This document shows, piece after piece, positions 26,790 to 40,582 of a stretch of 64,000 nucleotides of DNA (within the stretch, counting starts at the first letter, position 1; the number at the start of each line of letters is the position of its first letter). The DNA comes from Sphagnum compactum. Its lineage: Eukaryota. The notes beneath the pieces were generated by a model, which saw only the letters and a list, made by a program, of their open reading frames with translations, was not told the origin of the DNA and did no database searches. The translations under genes and the position numbers were made by a program. The stretch is taken from assembly GCA_965153455.1 (NCBI GenBank), contig OZ234493.1, forward strand, positions 28,758,213 through 28,822,212, in the 5' to 3' direction.

Positions 26790-27746
26790 CAGTGTTGTGC
26801 ACATGCGGGTATATAAGGGTAGACCAAGGTATCAACTCTGTTATGAACCCTAATATTAAAAACCATACCAATTTGACATAAGGCCTTGCCAATACCTAGG
26901 TTCATAACATACCTACTAGTCTTTACACATGTTACACCCTGGCCCATAACAGACCAAACTGATATTCTAGTCTATAATATTATGATTTAGGATTTAGGGT
27001 TTTTTGGAGTGTTTCATCAAGGTCTTGGTATTGTGTTTCATACTAGGAGCTTTAATCTATATGCACACCTGGGTCTTGGGTATGGCACTTTAGGTTTAAA
27101 TAATGAGTAATGAGAAAGGGGTGGAAGTAGCAAAGTGTTGTACCCTAGTAATGAGGAAGGAGATTAGAGCTTTAAAGTAAAGATCTTTTGGGAGGCGTGT
27201 TTCACAACAATAACATCAAATGGTGCTCAAGAAAATCAATAAGCTCCTTTGAAAATTTGAATGAATTGAGAAGGGTTGTGCACTCTTGAAAAAAATCTTG
27301 GTTGTTTTTGCAAAAAATCAATTGTGATCTATGCTTCCAAAGATTACTTGCCTAGTTTGTGACCTATTGCCATGAACCCCCACTATCTTCATTAGCTCCA
27401 AATTGTGGGTGGGTGTAGATGGAATACATGACGATCTAACCAAAATTGTCTAGACTTATTTATCTTTGTTGGTTCATCGTGGAGCATTGTTTAAGGTTTG
27501 GAGTTTTTCCAATTGTCATGAAAAATACCAAGACTAAGGTTGATATCCACTAATATCAACTTTAAAAGAATAAGATTGATATCATATTTATACTCAGTAT
27601 CACATTTTAGGTTTTAAATACCAAATTTACACCTAATTTGATCATTTCAATTACATAGTTGGACCACATTCATACCCCCCTTCCATGATACTAGACATAC
27701 AAGGACCAATATAGTATGTGTAAATCTATATATCCGCACAACACTG
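26790..27746. mobile_element. Non-autonomous hAT-type element
   Basis: TIRs CAGTGTTGTGC ... GCACAACACTG, flanked by a perfect 8-bp duplication GTTCAAAC (26782-26789 and 27747-27754). Confidence 0.85.
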
Positions 27747-28899
27747 GTTCAAACACTAATGTAGGTTGATGAAGTTTTGAATAATCAAACTTAAGATCTA
27801 GCTTTAGTGTGTAGTAATTAAGTTTGTTGTGTTTTATTTGCATTATAATGAATTTTTTGTGGAAATTCTTGGTTTATTGCAAAGGAAAAAGTGACAATTT
27901 TGAGGTGGTTTTCCACATTCATGTGGAGTTGAATCCTAGTAAAGCATGTTGCACCTTAAAATAAGAAACTAGGGAAATATCTTACATACATTGTTTCTTG
28001 GGGGCATAAATGCATAAGTTGTTCATGTCACACGTTTGGTTGGTGAGTCAAAGAAGGTTGTGTCGATGGAAGTTGTCATTGGCAATTGTACTCCAAATTT
28101 ACCATCAATGCACCATACAATATAAAGTTGAAACTTACACCCAAGATTTTAGTGCTTACACAAAGTTTAAAAAGAGTTGTTGCAAGTTGCAACACAAATG
28201 CAACACAAATGTTTTTTTGCTTGTAACCTACTAACCTTAAACCTCATATGATGTGACATAATTAAAATAAATTATTTGTGAAAGGCAATAAAAAGTTGTG
28301 ATGTTGAAACTTGATAACTTAAAATCACAAAGTACTTTAAAAGCTTGAAGATGACCGAGAACAACTAGTTGCCAAACATCTTCGAAATAATGAAACAACA
28401 TGGAAGGGATGACCTTACATGAGGTCTATTTGCAAGATGAATGGCCAAATGTTCATCATATGGCTACTCAACTTTGAATTAACATTGTAAGTTGCAACTC
28501 ATGTGAGGCCAATGAATGTGTCTTGTACAACACTTGGCCCTTGCAAGTTCTTCATTGTGATGTGATGGCATTATATGATTATTGTGCAATGAATCTTGTA
28601 AAATAAGTTATCATATTTCCTTTGTGTTTAGGATTAGGTCGCATGTAAGTTGTTTCCATTTTCTGGAACTTGGCAATTTGGATTTTTTTTCTTCAATATT
28701 TGATGAATTTGGGTCATTTTTTCCATGAAAAATCCTTTGTATAAGTGGAAGCCATATTTTTTAGGTCAAAATTTGGTGAAATGTTGCCTTAAAAAGAATG
28801 GATTTGCACCCATTTCCAATATGAGGTTATGGTAGATTCTTCCCCCAACCCCACATGGTTCAACCTTTGGGCATTGGGAAGCGAGCCCTTTTCTTGCTT

Positions 28900-29140
28900 T
28901 TATACATAGCCAAAAATATATATTAAAAATAAAAATGTTAAAATCAAGTGCTTAAAAAATATTTTCATAGCCATAATTTGACCTTTTTTAAAAATTATAG
29001 ATTTTGATACATGGTTCAAATATGTAGCACAATAGAAATAAGGTTTTTTTTGAAAAATCATATTTAGCATGTTGCCAAATTTGCCTAATTTTTATGTGGA
29101 TAATTGCCATTTTGGCTACATCACAAAATTGAAAAAAAAA
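28900..29140 (+). repeat. Dispersed AT-rich repeat (TAGCCAAATTTGGCTA family)
   Basis: Collinear similarity with 63195-63470. Related pieces at ~16645-16775 and ~35760-36060. Confidence 0.6.
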
Positions 29141-29527
29141 CCTCTTAACAAGGTTTTCAACTCTCCACTTATTGTTTTATCTTCTTTCATTGGTAGTTCA
29201 CAAAAAGAGCTTTACATATGCAAACCATCAGCCTAGGAGTTTCATTATTTACATGTAGAATATTTCATTTATTTTGAAAAACATTTCTTTGGTATTTCAT
29301 TCTTTAATTAAAATTTAAATACCTATTTAACATGGACAATGTTAATAGCTAGCTTAATGTGTACAATTAGGATTGAAAAGGGGGTCAATCTATGAATGAA
29401 AGCCCAACATGAAGTTGGAGCTAAGCTTGGGACTTGGTTTCCCATAATTGTCCCATTCAAGGTCCTTACATGACATAAAGATTTGGTAGAAATGGCTACC
29501 ATTTTTTTTGAAAAGGAGAATAGAAAC

Positions 29528-30366
29528 CAATGTTTGACGGTTATTTGAATTTTTAAATAACTAGCTATTCAATTCATTAAAATTTTCAAAATAAAAAAAC
29601 CATCAATTATTTTTTTTGGAAAAAAATCAAAATTAGATGATTGTCAGTTACAAGTATTTAAGAAGCATCAAAGAATCAAAAGTTATCATGAAGAATCAAC
29701 AAAAAAATGGTAGTTAGAAATGTGGGTTTTTGAAAATTTCACAAACATTGAAAACCAAGGTTTTATACCAAAACCAATTTTTAAAATTTTCACCCCAACT
29801 AGATAAGTGAGTATACATTCGAGTCAAAAAATGGTGGGTATGTATAGTTGATATTAATACCCACACAATAGTGGTATCCAAGTGTTAAAATTGATGATTT
29901 TGGATTTGAGTATCAAAAACCTAACTTGATTGGATTTAAATATTAATAACTTGATCTAAACCATTACTCATGAATTGCCAATCATAATAAAATTGGGGTA
30001 AAATTTGAAACTTTCTACCTAGTTGTTTTTGGTGGACAAAACCCTTGAGATCTACTTGGGTTTCAATGTCTTAGATGGGTACTATTAGGGTTAGAATTCT
30101 TCCCATCACTTTGAGTGTATATGCTTCTTTTGAAATCATAACTTCAAATCCTAACTTTACTTATAATTGCATCCACTTCCACAACCCTAAGCTTTACACC
30201 TAATAATTGCTATGAGTTGAAAAAATAAAATGATTCACCATACTCAAAGGTTTTGAAATATTTTGTTAAAAGTTCAAAACCTTACTAAAGAGAGTAACCA
30301 AAGTTGTAAAATATAAAATATCTAGGATCATATGTTCTCTTAAAAATCAATACCCACCCAACATTG
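29528..30366. mobile_element. Non-autonomous hAT-type element
   Basis: Termini CAATGTTTG ... CCAACATTG. The 8-bp flanks ATAGAAAC and GTAGAAAC match at 7 of 8 positions. Confidence 0.65.
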
Positions 30367-30499
30367 GTAGAAACCTTATGCACAAGGTTACTTGTTTTGA
30401 AGAACCATGTGTGCAAAAATATTGATGAAGGTAAAATACCTTCCACATACTAAATTTTTTTTTTAATCAATTTTTACAATGTTATGTAAGGGTATATTC

Positions 30500-33400
30500 A
30501 CAGCGGCAAGAAGTGACCCAAAAAAGGAAAGGTGTCTTACCATTTGCCGTTTACTAATGTAGGTGGCAATTCACCAAAGGTGAATAGTAATCAACATTTT
30601 AGCAAATTCTCTATTTGTCATTCAATGTCTTTCAAATTTGTGCTTGAAGGTTGGGCACAATATGTGATCTTGCAAATCTTTCAAATTGAGACAATTGGGG
30701 TGATTAACATTTACATTACTCAAACTTCCTTGGAGAAGGCTCAAATTTGGAAGCTCTTGGAGCAATTGGACATGGTGGCAAACAATTGGATATTTGGTGG
30801 GGACTTCAATATGGTGGAACAAATTTCCAACTCACAATCCAAAGGACATAATATCACTAGCATCCCTTTACTTTAAGTTGCAACCTTCAAGATGGTTGGG
30901 AGTTGGACTCATTTTGCAAACTTTTGGACAAAGTTTTAACCTTTGACAATGGTGGGTTTGGGGGTGCATCTATTATTTCGAAATATATCATTTTCATGTC
31001 TCTCCTATGATGGATTTGAGGGGTGGGAGAGTGGTAGTAAATGCCACAATGAGAGTCACTTCTCCCTTCATTGTGTGAATTAAGCCAAAAGACATCAACA
31101 AACATTTGTGATGAATTTGTTTCGGAAGCAAGGTGAATCTATTTTGATTACATGCTTTCAAGGTGGACTTTAAGATGAATGTCACTTTAACCAAAAATCT
31201 TTCATTGGATGAGGTTTCCAAGTGCAAGGCCCTAGGTTGGGATGGAATTCTCACTAAATTTCTTTCAAAAACATTTAGAAGCCATGGCCTTTGTTCTATT
31301 GAAAGCCTTTTTTTAGATTTTGGACTTTGATTTATGTTGGTCAATTTAACCATAGCCATGATCGTTCTAATATCAAAGAAAGGTGACAACTACCTCATAG
31401 GGAATTAATGCCTTATCATCTTGCTTGGGAATGTTTTGAAGATTTTTGCTAATTTTTTTAAAACTAGGTTATAAAAGTTCAATTTGTTATCAAACCAAAT
31501 TAGGTTCATTAGAGGTAGGAACATTCATGATAACGTATTCTTAGCCAATGAAGCCATGGAATGGACGAAATTCAACAACCACAAATTTGCATTGCTTTTT
31601 TATATTTTGAAAAAACTTTCAATATAATTGATTGGATTTTCATTTTTTCAACTCTAAAGGTTTTAGGTTTTATTGAAACTTGGGTGAAAAGGGCATCCAC
31701 CTTTTATGTAGGAGCTTCTTCTTCAAAAATTGAATGGTGAATTGAATGAATCCTTTCCTTTATGCAAATCAATCGAACAATGTTATTCGTTCTCTATTTA
31801 TTTGTTCATTTAGGTAGTTAATGTATTTAAATACATGTTTGGATATCCTTGCTTCACTTTGCCCAATAGAAATATGGCGTAAGACCAATCATTCATAATA
31901 ATGCAAAAAAAATTCTAGGATTGTGAATTAACAATTGGAAATGAGACAAGTCTACTCTTGACATTTTTTGTAAAATGACCAATGCTAAAACCAATTGGGC
32001 AATATCCATGGGCATTTGGGCATCCAAGACACCTCAACACCTACATTGGAGCAACAAATACGAAATGAAGTTGGTATTGAAAGGCCAAGGCATTAGGTAT
32101 TTAGGCATGCTTGTAGGGTTCAAGTTGTTTAAGGTTGCCAATTTTGAATAACTATTAGAAAAGGTCAAGGCAAAGTTCATTAATTGGTCAAATAAACAAC
32201 TATCATGGAGGCAAGGGGTTAGTCATAAACCAAATCCTCTTGGTGACTATCTAATTTCTAGCAACTTGTTGGAGCCCAACTCCCAACATGTGCATTCAAC
32301 TAAAGGGACTCATTTGGAATTTTATTTGGGGCAACCGCAATGAAAGGGTGAAAGCTAAATTGAAGTGAGATGTTTTCATTTTGCCTTAATGGGCTTGGAA
32401 CGATGGACCCATAATAAGCCTAGGCAAAAGTTCTAGCCAAAGTTCTTTTGGCAAAATTATAAATTGGAATATTTGTTCCTAGCTAGTGAAGAACCTTGGA
32501 AAAGTCTTCTTTTTTGGAGGGTTAATAAAATCCAACCAAGTGGGAAGGCATGTCAAATGATAGCTCAAGTTTGCACTTGGCTCTTTTTAGCAAACAAATT
32601 CAAGAAATCAACTTTTGAATTTTGGACAACCATTATGGAAGTTCGGTGGAGTGTCAAGTATGCTTTGATAAAACAAGACCCAAATAGACTAAAAGAGGTA
32701 TTGAGGTGATCAATATTTTTTAATATTTCCATATCACATATTCAAATAACACTCCTTTTGGACTTAGGGATACCAAGGGCCTTAAGCAACTAATCAAGAC
32801 AATTATTCAATTTCCCACATTAGTGGGACACAATATCTAGCAATAGCTAGAATATTCTAAAACAAGTAGGAGTTAATGCAAGGAATGCCAATGCTTAGAA
32901 ATGCCAAAACACTTTTTAATTGCATTCCATGGGACTTGGGCAACTTGTCCATTTCCTTGTTTATGGGCAATAGGGTAAGTCAAGGTCCAAGTGAGGATGT
33001 TCCAACTCCCAACTAGGTTTACAATATCTCCTTGATTCATGACAACATGATGGATGTTATGAAATTTCAATAAAACAACTTAGGTCAACTAACGTGCATA
33101 GGCTCTCCTCAACTTTCTTGGTAGTCAATTTAATGGGCATCAACTACCATAAAAGTTGAAAAGTTGTGAAAGTGTTACTCAACACAAGTTTGCCAAGCAC
33201 ATGGAGGTTTTGCAATACAATTGGTGGGAAGATAAGGAAGGAATCCTTTGCTTTTTGGAGAAGTTTTTGTGGAATCCTTCTCCTTGGACCTAGGTGAGTG
33301 GAAGTGGATGGATTTCCCAAAGATTTAGCCCAATGAGCTTACTTGGTTACATGGTCAAAAGTGGGTATGATATTATTTTGCATAAGAAGCAACAACCATT

Positions 33401-34140
33401 CCTCGTGGATGTGAAAGATGATCGATGTTGGTTTCAACTCAAACCATTTACAACTTCTGTTGAGCCAACTATGGCATGCTTCATAACCAAGGAAAGTGGT
33501 TACTTCAATCTAACTCATTTTGAACAAAGGATTGCCAACAAGCTCTTGATTCACCCAAGACAACATTTGGAATTCACTTGCCCACTTTCTAATGGCAGTC
33601 AAGTTGAGACCCCTTCACATTGTTTGATGGATTGTAATGGAGTCCAATTTGTATGGCATGTTTTCCAACAAGTCATCTCGACTTGGAGTGACATTTAAAC
33701 TTTCACTTTCTCGTGGGGCACATCTCTTATTTAGTGAGGCACTCAATTCATTTGATGTTGATGGGACTAGCGATAACTTTGTATTTTATTGTCAACCCAT
33801 AGACTTGTTACATAATTTCATTTTGTACTTTCTATGGTTTGAAGATGTTCACTAAAATTTTAGGTTATTACTCTAGAATGAAGGTCATACAATTTGCTTG
33901 GGTTTTCACTATTCAAGTTGGTATGAGGACTTGGTGTGATGGGCCATCCACTTATCTAAAAAGAATAGACTCAAGTGCAACTCAAGTCGCAACAAATTTT
34001 TTGTCAACACCTCATTGTATCATGGAGTTTTTGGGAAGAAGGGGAAACCCGATTTGTGCACCCTACACCCTTTGCACTCCCTTTCCCCGTGCACCCTCCC
34101 CACCCCACCTCCCCCCCCCCCCCCCCCCCCCCAAATTTCA
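30500..34140 (+). mobile_element. Degenerate L1-type LINE (ORF2 remnant: endonuclease, reverse transcriptase, zinc finger)
   Basis: Motifs in the expected order across many stops and frameshifts: WIFGGDFNMVE (APE endonuclease, ~30790), IVLISKKGD (~31360), RFIRGRNIHDNVFLANEAMEW (~31500), FEKTFNIIDW, IRYLGMLVG (~32095), CP..ETPSHCLMDC (~33580-33635). No ORF1 seen. Confidence 0.85.
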
Positions 34141-34958
34141 TGAATCTGATTGAGTAAAAAGGTTTGTTGTCCCCCTTCACAAATGAGGTTTAGTGCCCAA
34201 GGTTTTTGTGATTAGCTTTTGATAAATCAAGATTCATTGGTTAATTTTCTAATTTATTTTTCGATTGACCAAAGCTTTTCACCTCATATTGCTTAAAGGA
34301 TTTGAATACTTGTTGATCTACAACAATGGGGCCCATGAGTTAATGGTATTCCCAATATTTTGTTGTGAACCTACAAGACTTTACTCCAAGGAAAGACAAG
34401 GTAGAGAGACAAAAGAATGAAAGAAACAAATTTATAAATTTTTTTGTCATGGTTCTCTATCTAGCAAGTCAAGATTTTGTCATGGTTGCCTATAAAACCT
34501 AGGCAAAATTTGACAAATCATGAGATTGAGCACAAAATTTCAACCTTTTAGAAAAATGAAACATTTCACACTATTTGTGGGCAAGTCAATGTAAAAATCA
34601 AACTTGCAATTCATCAACACTTTTATAAGCGAATATTATATTATTTTTAGACATGCTGAAATTTTCAATACAATATTTTTTTTCTCAAAGGCCTTTTGGG
34701 GTGAAGGAAAATGAAGCATGTTTTTGAATAATATTTTATTTGTCAAACTGGAATCTTCAAAATTAAAATAATTTATTCAGCAGAGACCTGAACATATATA
34801 GTTGACCAACTTGCTATTCAACTATTGTAGTTGAAATAATTTTGTGGGTGTCAATCATTTAATGGAAGTGAGAGGGAAAATGTGGGTGCCCTTGTTGTGC
34901 TGAAATGTCTAATCTTGTGGATCTAGGCACAAAAAAGTGAACACTATTTATGAGACAC

Positions 34959-35322
34959 AATAGAGATATCCCTAAAGTCAGGAAAAGATAGCACCAGTAC
35001 CCTGAGTTGTTTGGTCATACACAAACCTGCAAAACAGTACATTAGCATTCAACAGGGGGTGAAACTCAGGAACATTCCTGAGTTAGTTTAACCCTGCTAG
35101 AGCATCTCCATGGGCTGTTAGTTACATAGATTTTCACTGCTCCTACTTGTACAGCTACTACTACTACAATTCCTCTCGAACCTTGGTGCATTATTAAATG
35201 TCGAGATTCAGCATTTCTGTACTGAGTTTCAGCATTTCATACTGAGATTTAATAAAATTTCCTTACTTTACGGATACCACTAAAAGAGGGGTTAGGGGGT
35301 GAAAGGAGGCCCAAAGACAGGG
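34959..35322 (-). repeat. Dispersed ~350-bp repeat, copy 3 (inverted)
   Basis: Reverse complement of the 24559 copy along its full length, ending ...GGAGGCCCAAAGACAGGG. Confidence 0.85.
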
Positions 35323-37524
35323 CGAATTTTGTGGGTATCTCTCATACATGGATGATTTGTGAGGCACTTTGAATGAACTTGTGCACTCCCATAAAAAAAG
35401 ATATGATAGGACCTATCACTTTCCTTATGTGGATGATGATGTGATATGTAAGGCTTGAAGACAAGGGCATTATTAGAACAACCATTCTTACTTAGGCATA
35501 GTAAAAGCACCACTAGAAATGCAAAACAAGAAGGAACATTAAGAAGGAACCCTTACATTTTGTAACAACAAAGATTTATAAACCGAAAGCTTCCTCCTTC
35601 AAAATGTAAGATGTGTCCTCTGAACTCCAATTAAATCTCACCTTTTTAAGGTAGCCTTGAACTTTACTAACACATTTCGAACTTGGGTGGTGCTTTACGC
35701 AAGGTTGTTACGCCCCCTTCCCTCCCCCACCACCCCACCCAAGGGCCTTTTTGTGATCCTGCATTTTGTGATGTACCCAAGGTGGCAATCATCCAGAAAC
35801 TAAGTTAGCCAAATTTGGCTGCATACTTGATATGAAAGTAGAAAAGAGAAAATAAAAAATAAAAAAATAAAAAAATCCTTTTATATTCTTGGGCTACCTA
35901 CTGAGACTTATCATAAAAATCCGGTGAGTTATTTATTTATTTATTTATTTATTTATGGAAATCTGGCGAAATTGGGCTATAACTTCCATGGGAAAATCCT
36001 TTGTTATGGGTTGAAATCATCATATTTGTCAGGTGGAGATCTGGCGAAAAACAAATCGCCAATTAATTAATTTTTATTATTAAAAAAACACTAGTACGCT
36101 GCCTTTCTTGGGGGCTCTCCTGCAATTGGATGGATTGCCGACACTTCGCGCGAACTCGGCTTTCTGTGTGTGTATATAATATCTAGAAAAACAAATCGTA
36201 GTGGAGATTCTTCACTGGGGGTGACGACATTTGTCTTTGCAAAAACAGATTTTGTACATACATACATACATAATAATAATATCAGCGGCGCCCGCGCTTT
36301 GGATTCAGAATCCAATTCTATCTTCTCTCTCTGGCATCCATCGCCAACATGAGAGCGCAATGGAAAATCCAATCCCTGGGGAAACAAAAGATCCGACAGA
36401 CTAGGCCTAGCCTAGTGCTGCAAAAGAAACTCTACTTGAAGATCATAATATTCTAATCATTTAATAGCAACTACAACAATCCGCGTGATCACGCACAGTC
36501 GTAGTAGTTGTGGCGGATCGCGCATTCCCTCCCTTCCTCGCTCGCTTCCTTCGCGCCACTTACAACGCAGTTGGAGTGGCGGCAACAAACACGTTTTCGT
36601 TCGTGGGTTCTTTCGTTCGTTCGCCCGCGCGCGTTTCTCATCAGATAGATAGATAGATAGAATCTCAATGGTTTTTTTTTTCCCCTCATTTTTGATTAAA
36701 AAAATTTGGCGAAATTAAACTAAAATTTAGCCAAATTAGTCGAATTCACACTAAAACCCCCCCCTCGTCCCCCGCCAAAAAAATACCAGAAATTTCGCCA
36801 GAAAAAATAAAAATAAAAATTCTGATATATAGTGACGTCGCTGATTCGACAAAGACGGAAGTTTCTAGACGTCGTTTAAATTACACGCGGCTTTTTTTTC
36901 TTTCTATCCATGACGAATCTCCGACAAGTTTCATCCACAGAAATTTCATTTTTCTTTTTCTTTGTTCTTCGTTCTTTCCTTTAGCTTCACCGCGCATCTT
37001 TTTTCGCTTTTCTTTCTTCCTTTCTTCCTTTCTTTCGTCACTACGCGGCCGAGAGTCGAACGCGGAGAATACCCAAGTGGCGTTGTAACTTATATACGTC
37101 CGTTGTTGCTTGTTGCATCTCATTCAGCATTCAAAGTGGTCTTTAGATTTGCAAGAGTCTTTCAATTCAAATCCTGTTGTTGTTTTCTCTCTCATATCGA
37201 TCGATCTATCGATCATCTCGCTTTCTTAAATCGTTTTCATTATCAAGGTTTTGAGCACAATCTGAATATTGTGGATCTCCCAGCACTTTCTTTTTCATCA
37301 CAAATTTTGGTGAACTTCGTGTTTTTTTTCCCCCCCCGGGAAGGTTTCTTTTGCAGGACATTATTCTTCAAGTAAGAAAGATCGTCGTCCTCGTTTCGCA
37401 AGAAGTTTTTTTCACCACTCGAGAACTTGCGTGATCAACGCTGGCAGCCACGGCTTCCTTAACTCTTCTTTCATTTTCGGTTCCAGAATATTGGTCCAAA
37501 GATGTAGGGTTCTGGAATCACTGG

Positions 37525-38726
37525 ATGATCATGAATTTGCTGCCGCTAGGAGGAGGAGGAGGAGGAGGAGGAGGAGGAGGAGGAGGAGGAGGAGGAAAAA
37601 CCGTGCATCCGAATGATGTAGATCATAACGTGGATCAGCTTCATGCTTTCAATCGGCATAGCTCGCAGATCGCAGATCAGTGCTCGTCGGGAATTGAATC
37701 TCAGAGTTTCGATTTCAACCTTGAAGATGCGTGGCACTATGGCTTTGTACTCGATTCTCATCCGAGTCACACAAAGCTGTCTGCAGGAGTGATCACGAGG
37801 CAACAAGAAAAAGCTCCACCGTCTTCGCTGATATTCTCGTCTCAAGAAGGAGGACTCGCGGAGTCCGACGCAATCTTCCATGCGGAATCTGACTCAGGAA
37901 GTCTGTTGTCGGAACATCTGGCTGCCGATACTAGTGATAGGTATGTGTTTTCGCAACTGCTTTGCTTCATTCATGTGTGTTTCTGGAGGTTTTCGTTTGT
38001 GAGGATGCCAATTCTCTATAAACCCTCAACCCTAAATCCTTTTCGGTCTCCTCTTGATGGGATTTCAAGCTTTTCTCTGACGGAATGAATCATATGAACT
38101 GCAGTTCACAGAGTATAAACGGGAGCTTCAGCAAACTCGAAAGCTGTATTAGTGCCGCCGGCAGTAGTATAGCAGCAGCAGGAGCATCCTGCAGCAGGAA
38201 TGCAAAACATAAACGGGAGATGGAAAGATTGTTTGCAACTTATGACGAGGATAACGATGGGTATATATCGAGACGTGAGCTGGGGAGTGTGATGCAGAAG
38301 CTAGGAATGGAAGCCACAGACGAGGAACTGAATTGCATGTTGAGATCTGTGGACAAGAATGGCGATGGATTAGTGGACTTTGAAGAATTCGTCGACTTCC
38401 AAGCCTCTTTATCAGTTGCACCTGGCAACGTTGCTTCCAACTTGGCAGGAGCAGGCAATTCAGAAGCTAACGGTGGGATTCAGATGATCGGCAGTACTAG
38501 TGATGATGATGATGACCTTCGAGAGGCTTTTGATGTATTCGACAAAGACAAGGATGGTTTCATCTGTGTTAAAGAATTGTATTCCGTGCTTCGAAGTCTT
38601 GGAATCAGTGCTAACACCACCATCACCAGTTGCCAAAACATGATATCTGCTGTTGATAGGAATGGTGATGGTCTTGTGGATTTCATAGAGTTCAAGGATC
38701 TTATGACCACGGAGAGCTTTTCCTAA
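37525..38726 (+). CDS. CML: Calmodulin-like (CML) calcium-binding protein with 4 EF-hands and a long N-terminal extension
   Basis: EF loops DEDNDGYISRRE, DKNGDGLVDFEE, DKDKDGFICVKE and DRNGDGLVDFIE in exon 38105-38726. A phase-compatible upstream exon 37525-37940 (intron 37941-38104) encodes a poly-Gly run from a (GGA)n repeat. Start may be 37525 or 37531. Confidence 0.88.
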
Positions 38727-40235
38727 AAGCTAAGCCTCCAGGAATTTTTTGATCTGGATCAAAGCTCCACTGATAGTCTGCTTTCCTAAAGCTATGCCTC
38801 CAGGTGAATTTGGTGATCTAGATCCAAGTTAACTGGAGAAAGCTCGCAAGGTGTTCTACAGGTTGTTTGCTGAAGATTTGAAGTGCATGACCATTAAACC
38901 CTGCACCCATGCATGGCAAAATCCAGACTGCCAGAGGAACCTCTTGTGGGTTGTCCAGACATTGCGCTCTCCAAGTTCATGAACATTGAAATATGATGTC
39001 CTATGTCTCAGATTCACAAAACATTTCTGCAAGAAAGAAATGCCAAATCTGTGGGTATGACAATCTGGGGATTCCAAAGATGGAACAAAGATGTGAGAGG
39101 ACTTCAGTGGAAAATGTTCCCTGCTATTGTCATGCAAAAGTTGGTGTGACTGTCTCAACCCTAATAATGGTGAAAATTTCCAGGCCATGAAGATCCTTGG
39201 GGCACATACTGAGATCGCCAGTGTCCATGGTTGGTCCTCAAATTCCATCATGTGCTCACTGTGTGAATTTGGGATTCTTTAGTGAATGGGTTACATTGAT
39301 TTAGAGCTCAAAAACTAGCATAAAAATATTCTGGTAGTCTTTGTGGCCTGAACTTCACACTCTTCAGAGCTTGAAGGATGGATCTAGACTTGTTCACTAC
39401 AACAGTCTATGATCTGATGCATGTCAGGGATTGTTTCTCTGTAGTGGGAATGATCCTTCCTTCGTCCAAGCTGCTGCTGTGACTCTCCAGTGCTCCATGG
39501 GGCCACCTTTACCTGGCCTTTGTATCATATGCCCCTGCAATTCCTCCCTCTTTCAGTCATTCAGGGGTGGGCTGACACATGAGTAAAACTGTGGAGAATT
39601 CTTCACAAATTCTTTTGAAAATTTGCAGTTGTTTATAGAAATATGGGTTCAATTAAGTCTCTGGAAATGAATTATGCACATTTATTTTGTTAGCAACATT
39701 GCTTCTTTGAATAGGTACATGAGCCCAGGTACTAGCATCAAGTTGTGCAGGGCCTTTGTAATGTGTGCTTGTTTGTTTACCAGGTGCTTCGTGCTAGAGG
39801 GTGCTCCTGGCAGAAAACTTCTTTTGTATTTGTGGGGATATTTTCAAAGGTGAAGAAGATCAGGGGCCAAGCCAATGAGGGCCCATTATCATTTTCCGGA
39901 ACCTCACACCCAAGAGCTTGGAATGGTGTGGTTGGAGAGGATGAAACAATTTCTCTGCTGAACAATATCTCACACAGGCAACGAACTTGATTCTGTGCAC
40001 CTTGCTTTCACCTACCAAGCCCTTTGGATGGGCTGGCTACTCTACACATTATGCACTTATGGGGGCAAAAAGAGGAGCTATCAAATGTTTGGGGGAGGAT
40101 TCCTGCACCTGTCTATAGATTGGGGATGCGGTCTCCATGAAACTTGGCATTGTTTGGCAAGGTTGGGACATTCCTTCCTTCTTTACCTCAATAGCAGGTC
40201 TAGGGTTTAGGATCATGACCTTTGTCAAAAGAGGT

Positions 40236-40582
40236 CAGTGTTGGCAGGTTTCCCAGTTTGCAGTGTTTAGGTTTTTGTGACCCGGATGTGAACCAGCACC
40301 CTTTTGGTGGAATCCGCACAGGAACCAGACTGTCCAGCTAGCTAGAATTGAAATTGTGAAAAAGAACTCTTGAACGTGTGTTCAGGTTTTTTACGTAGGC
40401 AAATTAGACTTTTTTGAAGAGTTGACAAGTAGGTTGACCTTTAGGTAAGTGATTAGGTTTAGTTCATTGTAGAACTCGGTACATTTAGACAATCCCCAAT
40501 TTCATTTTGTTGCTCTGTGGGCCAATAACTGTTGAAACCAGGACCAAAGGTTCTTGTAAAACAAAAGAACTGGCCAACACTA
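40236..40582. mobile_element. Short TIR element (hAT-like termini) inside the dynein remnant
   Basis: CAGTGTTGGC ... GCCAACACTA termini. No clear TSD. Confidence 0.5.
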
